Below, piece by piece: positions 53,073 through 62,227 of a DNA stretch of 64,000 nt. The stretch's first letter is position 1. Every line of letters starts with the position of its first letter. Both the position numbers and the translations under genes were made by a program. The DNA is from a phage, in the sequence record PQ724394.1, one strand, 5' to 3'. The notes beneath the pieces were generated by a model. That model had not been told where the DNA came from. It searched no databases and was given only the letters and a program-made list of their open reading frames with translations.

Positions 53073-53711
53073 TTAACCTCGTGCAATCCATTCAACGGCT
53101 GCATTATTACGAAGGGATTCGATTGCTGCAATATCGTCCCATGAATTAACCTTTACGGCTAAATTAGGTTTAAAGTCGCGTTCACCACGGGCTAACCAAT
53201 AAACTTGGATATCCATGAGAATATTAGATGCAGCATCACAGTGGTGAGCCAAATCGTCAACATAAAACTTAATGCGTTTACCGTATGTATTTTTAGCTCT
53301 TATGAACAGGTCTTCTTTTGATTCTGAATGACCACACATCAGAATCTCCTTGAATGCACCAGGGAACAAAGCATTCAAATTGAATTGTCTATTCAGCAGA
53401 GCATCAATTGAGTCGCCTAGCGCAGTCACGGCTACAAAATCGAAGTCTTTTTTGAGCTTGTTGATGTGTTTTAATGCATCCATGTAAGGGGACAGATAAC
53501 GAATAAAATCTGACTGGTTATATTTCTCGATTAAACGTGCGCCTAATTCGTCGTCACAATTAAACAGTTCGCCTGGAGATAAGAAACGTTCGTCCTGAAT
53601 CATATTCAAAATATGTTCTAAAGGCAAATTATATTTCTGTGCGAAATAAGGCAAGCCGGACTGCCAACTTAAACATACTCCATCGATATCTGTTAAGATA
53701 ACTGGTTTCAT
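53073..53711 (-). CDS. HAD-superfamily hydrolase-like protein
   Basis: 212 aa; N-terminal DIDGV motif typical of HAD phosphatases. Confidence 0.55.
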   Translation of the reverse strand: MKPVILTDIDGVCLSWQSGLPYFAQKYNLPLEHILNMIQDERFLSPGELFNCDDELGARLIEKYNQSDFIRYLSPYMDALKHINKLKKDFDFVAVTALGDSIDALLNRQFNLNALFPGAFKEILMCGHSESKEDLFIRAKNTYGKRIKFYVDDLAHHCDAASNILMDIQVYWLARGERDFKPNLAVKVNSWDDIAAIESLRNNAAVEWIARG

Positions 53712-54175
53712 AATAAATCTCTCAATTTGTTTAGGATGTCGATAAACTCTTTTTCAGTTAGTATTGTATCACATTCTTTGAGGTGGCTTGCCATTGAATG
53801 CTTTAAAACCTTACCTTTAGTGGCTTGTAAAGCTTCTCGGAATCCTTTGTTCTGGAGTGCTGCTTCAAAATACGCACTTTCGTAAAGCTCTTTCCATGCT
53901 TCGGAATATCTTGAAAACGGGGTTCCAAGCCAGAACAACGTGCCACGGTCCTGAGCTCTAGCATAAGCTCGTCCAGCTTTTTGTGCGTCTAACCCGGACA
54001 TCCTAAATATACGTCTTTGTTGTTCAACACTTTTCACCTTACATCCTTGGAGGAATCCTTCGAGTCCACCAAATTGGATACCGTCCATAACGAAAGGCCA
54101 TTTAGCAAAGTTACTTAATGCGCATGATGGCCACGGAAAGTTACTTCTAATTTCTAACTCAGACATCTTTGACAC
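53708..54175 (-). CDS. NADAR/YbiA-like (DUF1768) domain protein
   Basis: 155 aa; LSNFAKWPFVMDGIQFGGLEGFLQGCK resembles the conserved N-terminal block of E. coli YbiA (FSNFAAWPIKVDGKTWPTSEHYFQAQKF); ATGA overlap with the HAD-like gene. Confidence 0.5.
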   Translation of the reverse strand: MSKMSELEIRSNFPWPSCALSNFAKWPFVMDGIQFGGLEGFLQGCKVKSVEQQRRIFRMSGLDAQKAGRAYARAQDRGTLFWLGTPFSRYSEAWKELYESAYFEAALQNKGFREALQATKGKVLKHSMASHLKECDTILTEKEFIDILNKLRDLL

Positions 54176-54371
54176 TTATAATCTTGGTAGCGTACCACAT
54201 ACCATGGTCCGGTAATCTGGATTTAATTGACCGCCCACGATATGTTTTTCGCATTATAACAGTCTTAATAACATCTTCATCACAAGCATATGGCGGCGAT
54301 AAGTCGATAACACGATAAGTCACTTCAACCATTTCTAGGCCAAACAGCTTTTTAAGCCATTTCTTAACCAT
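54159..54371 (-). CDS. hypothetical protein (70 aa)
   Basis: Minus-strand ORF in a tightly packed early operon. Confidence 0.45.
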   Translation of the reverse strand: MVKKWLKKLFGLEMVEVTYRVIDLSPPYACDEDVIKTVIMRKTYRGRSIKSRLPDHGMWYATKIISVKDV

Positions 54372-54372
54372 A

Positions 54373-54567
54373 TTATCCTCGCTTCAAACATTTGATTACA
54401 GATAATTCAGAACCCATACGAACGTCTTCAGTTCCATCGACCCACAGGACGGTGTAGGCTTCTTTAATAGTAGCATTACCTAATTTAAAACCAGGCAAGA
54501 CCTTAGAAATCATTCCAGGAATACCTACACCTTTTAACTGGACGGTTTGTGATAAGAATAGTTGCAT
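54373..54567 (-). CDS. hypothetical protein (64 aa)
   Basis: Minus-strand ORF; start overlaps the upstream ORF stop. Confidence 0.4.
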   Translation of the reverse strand: MQLFLSQTVQLKGVGIPGMISKVLPGFKLGNATIKEAYTVLWVDGTEDVRMGSELSVIKCLKRG

Positions 54568-54854
54568 TAGAACCTCATCTGAAATCCATGTGATTTAACA
54601 TTACCGCCGTAGATGTCAGAAGTATTGACTTCGCGGGCAGCGCTAGGGTCGATGTTAATATCATGGTTGAGCTTAGTGATTGCTAGGGTGTCACGACCAT
54701 TGACTGTACGGAATTCTACTGGACAAACCACATCAGCATAAGCCTTAATGGATTCACGAGTAGGCTGTTTGTCGGCAGGAACATCTTTACCTGCCTTAGA
54801 GAAAACAACTTCACAGAAATTTTTACGAGTATCGAAATAAGTGGTCATAAACAT
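54567..54854 (-). CDS. hypothetical protein (about 95 aa)
   Basis: Start placed at internal ATG 54854 (GAGGA upstream) so the terminator hairpin at 54870-54885 lies outside the coding region. Confidence 0.45.
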   Translation of the reverse strand: MFMTTYFDTRKNFCEVVFSKAGKDVPADKQPTRESIKAYADVVCPVEFRTVNGRDTLAITKLNHDINIDPSAAREVNTSDIYGGNVKSHGFQMRF

Positions 54855-54869
54855 AATATTTTCCTCAAA

Positions 54870-54885
54870 GGAGGCCGAAGCCTCC
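54870..54885 (-). terminator. UUCG hairpin terminator after the 121-aa gene
   Basis: Plus ggaggc-cgaa-gcctcc; on minus an A-run, the hairpin, then a T-run. Confidence 0.6.
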
Positions 54886-54895
54886 ATTTTTAAGA

Positions 54896-55261
54896 TTAGA
54901 TATCAAATTCATTCAGAACTACATCAAAGATTGCTTCCAGGTGTTCAGGTTTAGCACGGTTGCTCAGGATGTGACGAATCCAGGTTTTAACCAGAAGCTT
55001 ACGATTATCACCGTTCCAGCAAGGATGGGTACCTAAATCACGTTGACGGAAATCATCATCCAAAGCGATTTTAAAAGTAGAACCTTCCATAGTGATTGAA
55101 ACCGTGATACCATTTTCAAAGCGCATATAAACGTAGTTAGGAGTCATGCACTGTTCGATTTCGCACACTGTGCTGTTGTTGTGTTTCCACAGGCAAATAA
55201 CTTCAGAAGAACCAGCAATACCGTTAGAAACATATTTACGTTCGAAGTTGATGTAGTTCAT
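54896..55261 (-). CDS. hypothetical protein (121 aa), leader shared with the adjacent upstream gene
   Basis: Minus-strand ORF preceded by a ~40-nt leader identical to that of the 55336-55704 gene; GGAG ribosome-binding site. Confidence 0.5.
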   Translation of the reverse strand: MNYINFERKYVSNGIAGSSEVICLWKHNNSTVCEIEQCMTPNYVYMRFENGITVSITMEGSTFKIALDDDFRQRDLGTHPCWNGDNRKLLVKTWIRHILSNRAKPEHLEAIFDVVLNEFDI

Positions 55262-55310
55262 TTTATTCTCCAGTTTGTTTTCGTATTATTTGGTACAGGT
55301 CTATAATAAC
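55259..55310 (-). repeat. repeated 5' leader/promoter module, copy A
   Basis: cattttattctccagtttgttttcgtattatttggtaca identical to 55703-55741; contains GTTTAC-N17-TATTAT on minus and a hairpin ggtacaggt...acctgtacc (55291-55321). Confidence 0.7.
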
Positions 55311-55335
55311 ACAACCTGTACCAAAGTAAACCGTT

Positions 55336-55704
55336 TTATGCAACTTTAATCCAATTATCTAAATTTAATTCACCTTTGGCTTTCATTTTTTCGATCAGGT
55401 CATCTGCAGTTATACGACCATTTTGATACCATGTAACATCTTCAGAATAACCAGTTTCTTCATCTTCATAGGTCTTACAACGAATCTTACCGGTTATGAT
55501 AGTTTTCAGTTCGTAGGTATCACCGGTAAAAAAGTTTGTTACCAAAATTTTCCAAGAGAAGTCATCAGAAGGACCTTCAGGAGTCATACAACCTACAAAT
55601 TCAAATTGTTCTTTGTACAAGCGCCATTGCATCTCTTTAGTTTCAATAGCTTTATAACCGTCGTGGTCTTTACATTTGATATATGAGTTAAGATTGATTT
55701 TCAT
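55336..55704 (-). CDS. hypothetical protein (122 aa)
   Basis: Minus-strand ORF with the same leader as the 54896-55261 gene; weak similarity between the two proteins (CMTP motif). Confidence 0.5.
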   Translation of the reverse strand: MKINLNSYIKCKDHDGYKAIETKEMQWRLYKEQFEFVGCMTPEGPSDDFSWKILVTNFFTGDTYELKTIITGKIRCKTYEDEETGYSEDVTWYQNGRITADDLIEKMKAKGELNLDNWIKVA

Positions 55705-55775
55705 TTTATTCTCCAGTTTGTTTTCGTATTATTTGGTACATGTCTATAGTATCATGCCTACCGGAGATGTATACC
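55703..55775 (-). repeat. repeated 5' leader/promoter module, copy B
   Basis: Same ~40-nt leader; minus strand GTATAC-N17-TACTAT upstream. Confidence 0.7.
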
Positions 55776-55800
55776 CTTTTTTTAAGATTTAGAAACAAAA

Positions 55801-55822
55801 ATGGGACTCCGAAGAGTCCCAT
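55801..55822 (-). terminator. UUCG hairpin terminator
   Basis: Plus atgggactc-cgaa-gagtcccat; on minus followed by a T-rich run. Confidence 0.6.
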
Positions 55823-55825
55823 AAC

Positions 55826-55987
55826 TTATGCAATAACTTTACCGAAGCAAGCAGCATCTGCACGCAATACTGCACGAGCACGAGCTTGAAGCTTATCAAC
55901 TACCTGATTGATACGCTTGTTAGACGCACGCTTGTAACCAGCGCGTTTAGAGGTTCCGTCAACTACTTTAACTTCTTTCTTAGCCAT
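55826..55987 (-). CDS. candidate small basic protein (53 aa), not in the ORF track
   Basis: ATG at 55987; translation MAKKEVKVVDGTSKRAGYKRASNKRINQVVDKLQARARAVLRADAACFGKVIA; followed by a terminator hairpin. Confidence 0.35.
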   Translation of the reverse strand: MAKKEVKVVDGTSKRAGYKRASNKRINQVVDKLQARARAVLRADAACFGKVIA

Positions 55988-56340
55988 TTTTAAATCTCTT
56001 AAATTAGGATGCAGGACTTATTGGCATTGCCTGCGCAAGCCCTCAAGGGGAACATAGGTTTTAGATATTTAACGACAGGATAACCGTAAACCTCGTCATC
56101 ATAGCTCTTATCTGTTGCACACCGTTAGCTTAAAGGTTCCGGGTTCGATTTCTCGAGGATAAGATATATACTGATGGATATATAGGCCTTGAGGCGTACT
56201 CCCGATTGGCCATCACCTCGGGGTAGCATGCACTTGCCGCTATAAAATAACATTCAAGAGGTACACCGTAAAACTGCCGGGGTCTTAAAACTATAATGAT
56301 TCGCAAATCATTAATCAGACAGTTCGACGGCTCCTCGATT

Positions 56341-56589
56341 TTACTTCAGGGTAATAATAAAATGACGTACTGCTTTACGAGCTGCTGAAGCCAAAGGCTT
56401 AGCATATTTCAGTTCATCTTTTGCTTCCAATTCAGCGGCCAGAGTAGCCTGAGCAGGATTAAGATGTTTGAAATAACGCAGGATTTCCAGTGCTTCGGCT
56501 TCAACATCAATAGATGCGCCGTAGTTTTCGTGACCGTTGTTCCAAGCGTTGCGTTGCAGTTCAAGAGCGTGATTCAGATGTTTGTTCAT
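56341..56589 (-). CDS. rIII: rIII lysis inhibition accessory protein
   Basis: Internal ATG at 56589 gives 82 aa (MNKHLNHALELQRNAWNNGHENYGASIDVEAEALEILRYF...), matching T4 rIII in length and sequence. Confidence 0.8.
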   Translation of the reverse strand: MNKHLNHALELQRNAWNNGHENYGASIDVEAEALEILRYFKHLNPAQATLAAELEAKDELKYAKPLASAARKAVRHFIITLK

Positions 56590-56727
56590 TTTAAATTCTC
56601 GATTCGAGATAAAGATTGGTGGACACGTTCTTCTGAATTTCACTTCCTTTCGGCAAGTCTCTCAGTTGTAGTCCACCGCTTAGGATTCTCCGGTTAACTA
56701 ACTAGTCCGGCAGCCAATCCATATTAT

Positions 56728-56735
56728 TATTTATA
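56728..56735 (-). promoter_or_regulatory. late promoter (TATAAATA on minus) upstream of rIII
   Basis: Plus TATTTATA immediately after the gene 31 stop; about 140 nt upstream of the rIII ATG, leader contains inverted repeat ggtggac/gtccacc. Confidence 0.45.
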
Positions 56736-57059
56736 TCACTTATAAAGACACGGAATAGCTTTATAGTGGCAGGTAACGAATTTCTGTTTAATTTCTTTAG
56801 GCTGTTTAATACCAAGCGCAACTAAAGGATGAGGCACGTTAGCAATCTTACCAACAGGAAGTGGAGTCAAATCACCTACTTCACAAAAACCTTCAGGGAC
56901 ATCAGGCCCTACAGAATAAATTTCGCAAAGTTCAGGGATTTCACCTTGATGAAGTTTGCCAATAACGATACCAGATGCAGTAGTTTCTTCATCACCAGCT
57001 TGTTTTGGTTCGGAAACGAGAATAACATATTCTCCGACCGCTTTAATAGGAAGTTCCAT
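56736..57059 (-). CDS. 31: co-chaperonin gp31 (GroES-like)
   Basis: 107 aa; [12 protein letters not shown]...[14 protein letters not shown]...[23 protein letters not shown] closely matches T4 gp31. Confidence 0.9.
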   Translation of the reverse strand: MELPIKAVGEYVILVSEPKQAGDEETTASGIVIGKLHQGEIPELCEIYSVGPDVPEGFCEVGDLTPLPVGKIANVPHPLVALGIKQPKEIKQKFVTCHYKAIPCLYK

Positions 57060-57090
57060 ATTTAATCCATGTTGTTTTGTTGATAGATTA

Positions 57091-57115
57091 ATAATAACAC
57101 GCTATTCTTAAAGCA
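57091..57115 (-). promoter_or_regulatory. MotA-dependent middle promoter candidate for gene 31
   Basis: Minus strand: TGCTTTA MotA box, 12-nt spacer, TATTAT. Confidence 0.5.
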
Positions 57116-57117
57116 TA

Positions 57118-57417
57118 TTACAGGACAAGCAGAGTTTCAGTCTGAAGCCCATTAATAGAAATCAGTTTATCGAAACGGAATGAACGCCAGTCATTAACCT
57201 TGGTATCAAATACACGAATATAATTAACCGGTTCTTTATTAGCTTCTTGGCCCGGGGCTTGAATTTCTTTATACGGGAGGAGGTCCAGGTCGCGAGTACA
57301 AGTCATACGACGAACGCTACCATCCGCCTTTTCAAACAGAACTTCGTGAGTACCCACAGACAGAATAGTCTTGGCTTTTTCACGGAGTCGAATAGTTTCT
57401 TGTTCAGTTAAAATCAT
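57118..57417 (-). CDS. hypothetical protein (99 aa)
   Basis: Minus-strand ORF between cd and gene 31 (T4 31.1/31.2 region). Confidence 0.5.
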   Translation of the reverse strand: MILTEQETIRLREKAKTILSVGTHEVLFEKADGSVRRMTCTRDLDLLPYKEIQAPGQEANKEPVNYIRVFDTKVNDWRSFRFDKLISINGLQTETLLVL

Positions 57418-57419
57418 AA

Positions 57420-57653
57420 TTATTCCAGGATAGTTTTAATAGTTGTTGCATTACGCTCTTTTAGAGCACTTAATAGGCTATGGCAATTATCAAGAATAGG
57501 CACTGTTTTGTATTTCATTTCGGCGCGAACCCACTCGGATTTATAGTATGATTTCCAACGAGAGAAAAAGTACTTTTTATATTCCACTGAATAGGCTACT
57601 AAGCTTTCGCCTTTTGAGTTCAGACCTGAAAACTTCACTAATCGAAATTTCAT
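57420..57653 (-). CDS. hypothetical protein (77 aa)
   Basis: Minus-strand ORF; start overlaps the cd stop region. Confidence 0.45.
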   Translation of the reverse strand: MKFRLVKFSGLNSKGESLVAYSVEYKKYFFSRWKSYYKSEWVRAEMKYKTVPILDNCHSLLSALKERNATTIKTILE

Positions 57654-58198
57654 TATTCACCACAATAGTTTTGAATTGATTCCCAGTTCAGAGAACGGAG
57701 ACCGGTACGGTTATACTGGATAACTTCGATGCCTGATTCACGGAGGATATCATCCCAACCTTCAGGATTTCGGTCATAGAGTTCAGCATAAACCAGAGTT
57801 TTAATTCCGGACTGCGCAATAGACTTAGCACAATCTGCACATGGAGATAGTGTCACATACATTGTAGCACCGTCAATAGAACTTCCTGTACGAGCTGCGA
57901 ACAGAATAGCATTCAGTTCGGCATGGATTTCATTTTTGGATGACCATGCGGCATGAGCCATACGATGTTCTTTAAGAAGAATCGATTTATGGGACATTCG
58001 TGCTGTGTCATACACAACACGAGTCCAGTTCTGTTCTGCCGCGTGGTCACAACAGTTCACACCACCGGAAGGCGAACCATTATACCCTGTAGAAATAATG
58101 CGACCATTCTTTTCAATAACCGCACCCACTTTCCATGAACAACATTTTGATTCTTGAGAAATCAGGTATGCAATCTGAAGGTATGTGCTTGCTTTCAT
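57653..58198 (-). CDS. cd: dCMP deaminase
   Basis: 181 aa; zinc-binding deaminase motifs HAELNAI and PCADC; N-terminus MKASTYLQIAYLISQESKCCSWKVGAVIE matches T4 Cd. Confidence 0.9.
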   Translation of the reverse strand: MKASTYLQIAYLISQESKCCSWKVGAVIEKNGRIISTGYNGSPSGGVNCCDHAAEQNWTRVVYDTARMSHKSILLKEHRMAHAAWSSKNEIHAELNAILFAARTGSSIDGATMYVTLSPCADCAKSIAQSGIKTLVYAELYDRNPEGWDDILRESGIEVIQYNRTGLRSLNWESIQNYCGE

Positions 58199-58428
58199 TC
58201 CACGTACACTCGCTGCGCTTCGACTAGACCATCAGAACCAAGTTTTAACTGGGTAATCTGGTCGCCATTTTTAGGATTAACGATAACCAATACTGCACGT
58301 GGTGATTCCTGAATTACTCGCAGAGTTGCATCAGGAAAACGTACAGAAACCTTATTAATCAGGGCCTGAGCAAATTCTTTAACTTTAACTTGGAACTGCT
58401 CTACAGTAATAGGTTGTTCGCTCAGCAT
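58195..58428 (-). CDS. hypothetical protein (77 aa)
   Basis: ATGA overlap with the cd start. Confidence 0.45.
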   Translation of the reverse strand: MLSEQPITVEQFQVKVKEFAQALINKVSVRFPDATLRVIQESPRAVLVIVNPKNGDQITQLKLGSDGLVEAQRVYVE

Positions 58429-58982
58429 TAGATGGTCTCCAACTTAAGTTGTTTGGTAGTGGTAGCTTGGGTAACGTCGCCTTTAACAATATAACACACC
58501 TGTTGGAACGAACTGGTCAAAAGCTCTTCGGCTTGACGGTCGGCTTGTTCTTTTGTGTTATGGCGAGAATGAACTTCAATCTTACCATTTTTAACGATAA
58601 GCACTTTCCATTCAGCAGTGGCTTTTACCAGCTTAGGTTCATCATTTTCAGGAATACTCACCGAGGCCAGTGGACGTACTACTTCAATAAAGTAATCGAA
58701 TTCATGGCCAAAAAAGCCTGAGGAATTAAAAAGAACAGCATTTGCATCATCAGGATTACCTGTGATTTTGCTCGGGTCGACAAACATCATCTCGTCATAT
58801 ACACGAATTCGGCTTACACGTTCACGCCCATTATGGTAATCAATTTCAACTTCAAACGGGTTCATACCTACATACTTGGCAAAAGCTGTATTGAGGCCAT
58901 AAGCGCCGTTATTAGTGAATTTGTTTTTAGTGTATTCACTACCGAACTTATAAAACTTACGCTCTTCAAAGAACTTGCTCAT
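58428..58982 (-). CDS. hypothetical protein (about 184 aa)
   Basis: Start taken at internal ATG (MSKFFEERKF...) because the ORF-track N-terminal extension overlaps the upstream gene. Confidence 0.45.
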   Translation of the reverse strand: MSKFFEERKFYKFGSEYTKNKFTNNGAYGLNTAFAKYVGMNPFEVEIDYHNGRERVSRIRVYDEMMFVDPSKITGNPDDANAVLFNSSGFFGHEFDYFIEVVRPLASVSIPENDEPKLVKATAEWKVLIVKNGKIEVHSRHNTKEQADRQAEELLTSSFQQVCYIVKGDVTQATTTKQLKLETI

Positions 58983-59044
58983 TTCGATTTCCTCATTTGT
59001 TTCGGTAGGACTACTATACCACAGTCCTACCATGATGTAAACAC

Positions 59045-59323
59045 TTAAATTGCTTCGACAACTACCGTTTGTTTCTGGAAGTCCATTTTGCATGAAATAG
59101 CCAAAATGTGGTCATCAATTTTAAATGGAACAATTGCAAATGCTGCACCAGGTGTGAGTTGAACAGTGATTGCATCAACTGCATCCGGGAACATGATTTC
59201 CAGAATAGCAGACAAACGACCATGAACTTTTAGTTCAGTCGACGTGTCGACAGGTTCGTATAGGTAATCAGATACAATCTGACTAAAAACTACTTTAACA
59301 ATTTCAGAATAAGTAGGGAACAT
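59045..59323 (-). CDS. hypothetical protein (92 aa)
   Basis: Minus-strand ORF in operon context. Confidence 0.4.
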   Translation of the reverse strand: MFPTYSEIVKVVFSQIVSDYLYEPVDTSTELKVHGRLSAILEIMFPDAVDAITVQLTPGAAFAIVPFKIDDHILAISCKMDFQKQTVVVEAI

Positions 59324-59330
59324 AATTACC

Positions 59331-59546
59331 TCAGTGTACTGTATGGACCTTCACGTTAACAATAAACCGGTCAACGACTTCAGTCAGAGGAACGAACTCA
59401 ACATAGTACTCACCTTTGTAACGTTCATTCAAATCGTTACGGAGAGCGGCCAGTGAGTTAATGAGGGTAGGAGACATATTAAGCCCTACCAGTTTCTGAA
59501 GCTCTTTATAAGCTTCTTCTTCAACTTCATGGTGTTTGTTATACAT
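59331..59546 (-). CDS. hypothetical protein (about 71 aa)
   Basis: Start taken at internal ATG 59546 (MYNKHHEVEEE...) overlapping the upstream ORF stop by 8 nt. Confidence 0.35.
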   Translation of the reverse strand: MYNKHHEVEEEAYKELQKLVGLNMSPTLINSLAALRNDLNERYKGEYYVEFVPLTEVVDRFIVNVKVHTVH

Positions 59547-59735
59547 AATGTTCTTCCAAGAAGGCAAGGAGTTCAGGAGCGGATTTAAAAATACCACCAT
59601 CGACCCTGTCTTCATCTCTGTAGTCCATAACATCCAGGCCAATACGTCCATCAGTTAAAGGCCATACGCCGAAGAAAAAGCATTTACGTTTTTCAATTTC
59701 TTCGATTGTACGAAAAATCTTTTCGATATTATTCA

Positions 59736-59736
<1 letters not shown>
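59539..59736 (-). CDS. hypothetical protein (65 aa) translationally coupled to pseT
   Basis: ATG overlaps the pseT stop (TAATG). Confidence 0.4.
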
Positions 59737-60957
<1,221 letters not shown>

Positions 60958-60961
<4 letters not shown>

Positions 60962-61455
60962 ACACCAAGCTCCTTATAAAGTTCTTCACGGCAGGTTTTA
61001 AGGATTTTACCAGTTTCATAAGCCGCACTTTCAGAAACATCACCAAGTGTAGCAGCAGCTTGCATTTGGCCATGGCGCTTAGCCGCATATTCAAAACTTT
61101 TTACCAGCTCACGAATACGTTCTTTTTCTTCGTGAAGTGATTGGTTTTCTTTATAGCACGCCGTAACATCTAAGATTGAATTCCACACATCAGAAGGAAT
61201 AGGCTCGGACAATTTCAACACTCGGCTCGGGAAATCATTCCATGGGGCATAGTATTCAACTTCTGTAATAACTCCACCTTTACATTCTGTAATAAAAAAT
61301 CGAGCTTTACCTTCCAAAGGTGTTTTACGGCAAGAACCAATTCGGGCCAGCTTTTGGAAGAATTCGTCTTTACACTTCATGATATTATTAGCGTTCTCAA
61401 CATACCATAATATTTTCATGTCCAATTCCTCAATTTTTATAATCCGTAGGAGCAT
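60958..61455 (-). CDS. hypothetical protein (165 aa)
   Basis: ATGA overlap with the downstream gene; no recognised motif. Confidence 0.45.
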
Positions 61456-61482
61456 TATACTCTGCTCCCAAGAGTTTGTAAA

Positions 61483-61590
61483 CTACTTTCCAAAAATACC
61501 ATTCATACACATGCTGAACACGATACCAAAGCAAAAACATGCAGCGCCGAATTTAAAAACATCCCACCCATCGATACAGGCTTCAATCAT
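61483..61590 (-). CDS. candidate hydrophobic micro-protein (35 aa) coupled to the o-spanin gene
   Basis: ATG overlaps the o-spanin stop (ATGA); translation MIEACIDGWDVFKFGAACFCFGIVFSMCMNGIFGK. Confidence 0.3.
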   Translation of the reverse strand: MIEACIDGWDVFKFGAACFCFGIVFSMCMNGIFGK

Positions 61591-61877
61591 TTGCACTTCT
61601 CCTCTTTTAGTCCAGAACGATAATAACATAACATAGATTTTTGGTCTTGTACATATCTTTTTACGTCGTTCAACCAAATGCGGTGTTCTTGAGAGTCTTC
61701 AAATGGCATTCCTACCCAAGCCTTACCATCGAGTACCTTAACCTGCCACTTAACATTATGTTCGGCAATAGGTTGTGGCCATGAAGGGTGGAGTTGTTGT
61801 TTAGGCGCTACAGGAACATCCTGGGCACATCCAACTAGCAATCCAATAGATAACATTACAGCAGCCAATTTAATCAT
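61587..61877 (-). CDS. pseT.2: outer-membrane spanin lipoprotein (o-spanin, PseT.2-like)
   Basis: 96 aa; signal peptide with lipobox LLVGC; immediately downstream of the i-spanin-like gene with ATGA overlap. Confidence 0.65.
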   Translation of the reverse strand: MIKLAAVMLSIGLLVGCAQDVPVAPKQQLHPSWPQPIAEHNVKWQVKVLDGKAWVGMPFEDSQEHRIWLNDVKRYVQDQKSMLCYYRSGLKEEKCK

Positions 61878-62227
61878 TCTGTGATGCTCCTGAAGTCTTC
61901 TGTAAAGGAATCGAAGGACTTGTTGATTTGTTTTTCGACCAATCCTGGTTTACTTGCCACCACGTGCGCCTTCTTCGAATCTTTACGGAGCTTTTCATTT
62001 TCTACCTTAATTTTATCCAGTCTGGCATTCATTTCAGTAGTACGGAATTCAATATCTGAATATTGACCACGAAGGTCATCAACAGCTTCAGCGTTCTGTT
62101 TAGCCGCTTCCTGGGTTGTTTTCAGTTCTTCAGTTAATGTATCGATACGGCTTGATTGATATGAAATCAAACCATAAGCACCTACTGCAAGAGCTCCAGC
62201 TAAAAGGTAAATATTTAATTTAGACAT
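61874..62227 (-). CDS. pseT.3: inner-membrane spanin (i-spanin, PseT.3-like)
   Basis: 117 aa; N-terminal transmembrane helix followed by a charged coiled-coil region. Confidence 0.65.
   Translation of the reverse strand: MSKLNIYLLAGALAVGAYGLISYQSSRIDTLTEELKTTQEAAKQNAEAVDDLRGQYSDIEFRTTEMNARLDKIKVENEKLRKDSKKAHVVASKPGLVEKQINKSFDSFTEDFRSITE

Noticed and set aside
56100-56165. Possible tRNA (GGTTCGATT T-loop-like sequence)
   Set aside because: No complementary T-stem, acceptor stem or anticodon arm could be built around the motif; treated as part of an unassigned structured region instead.
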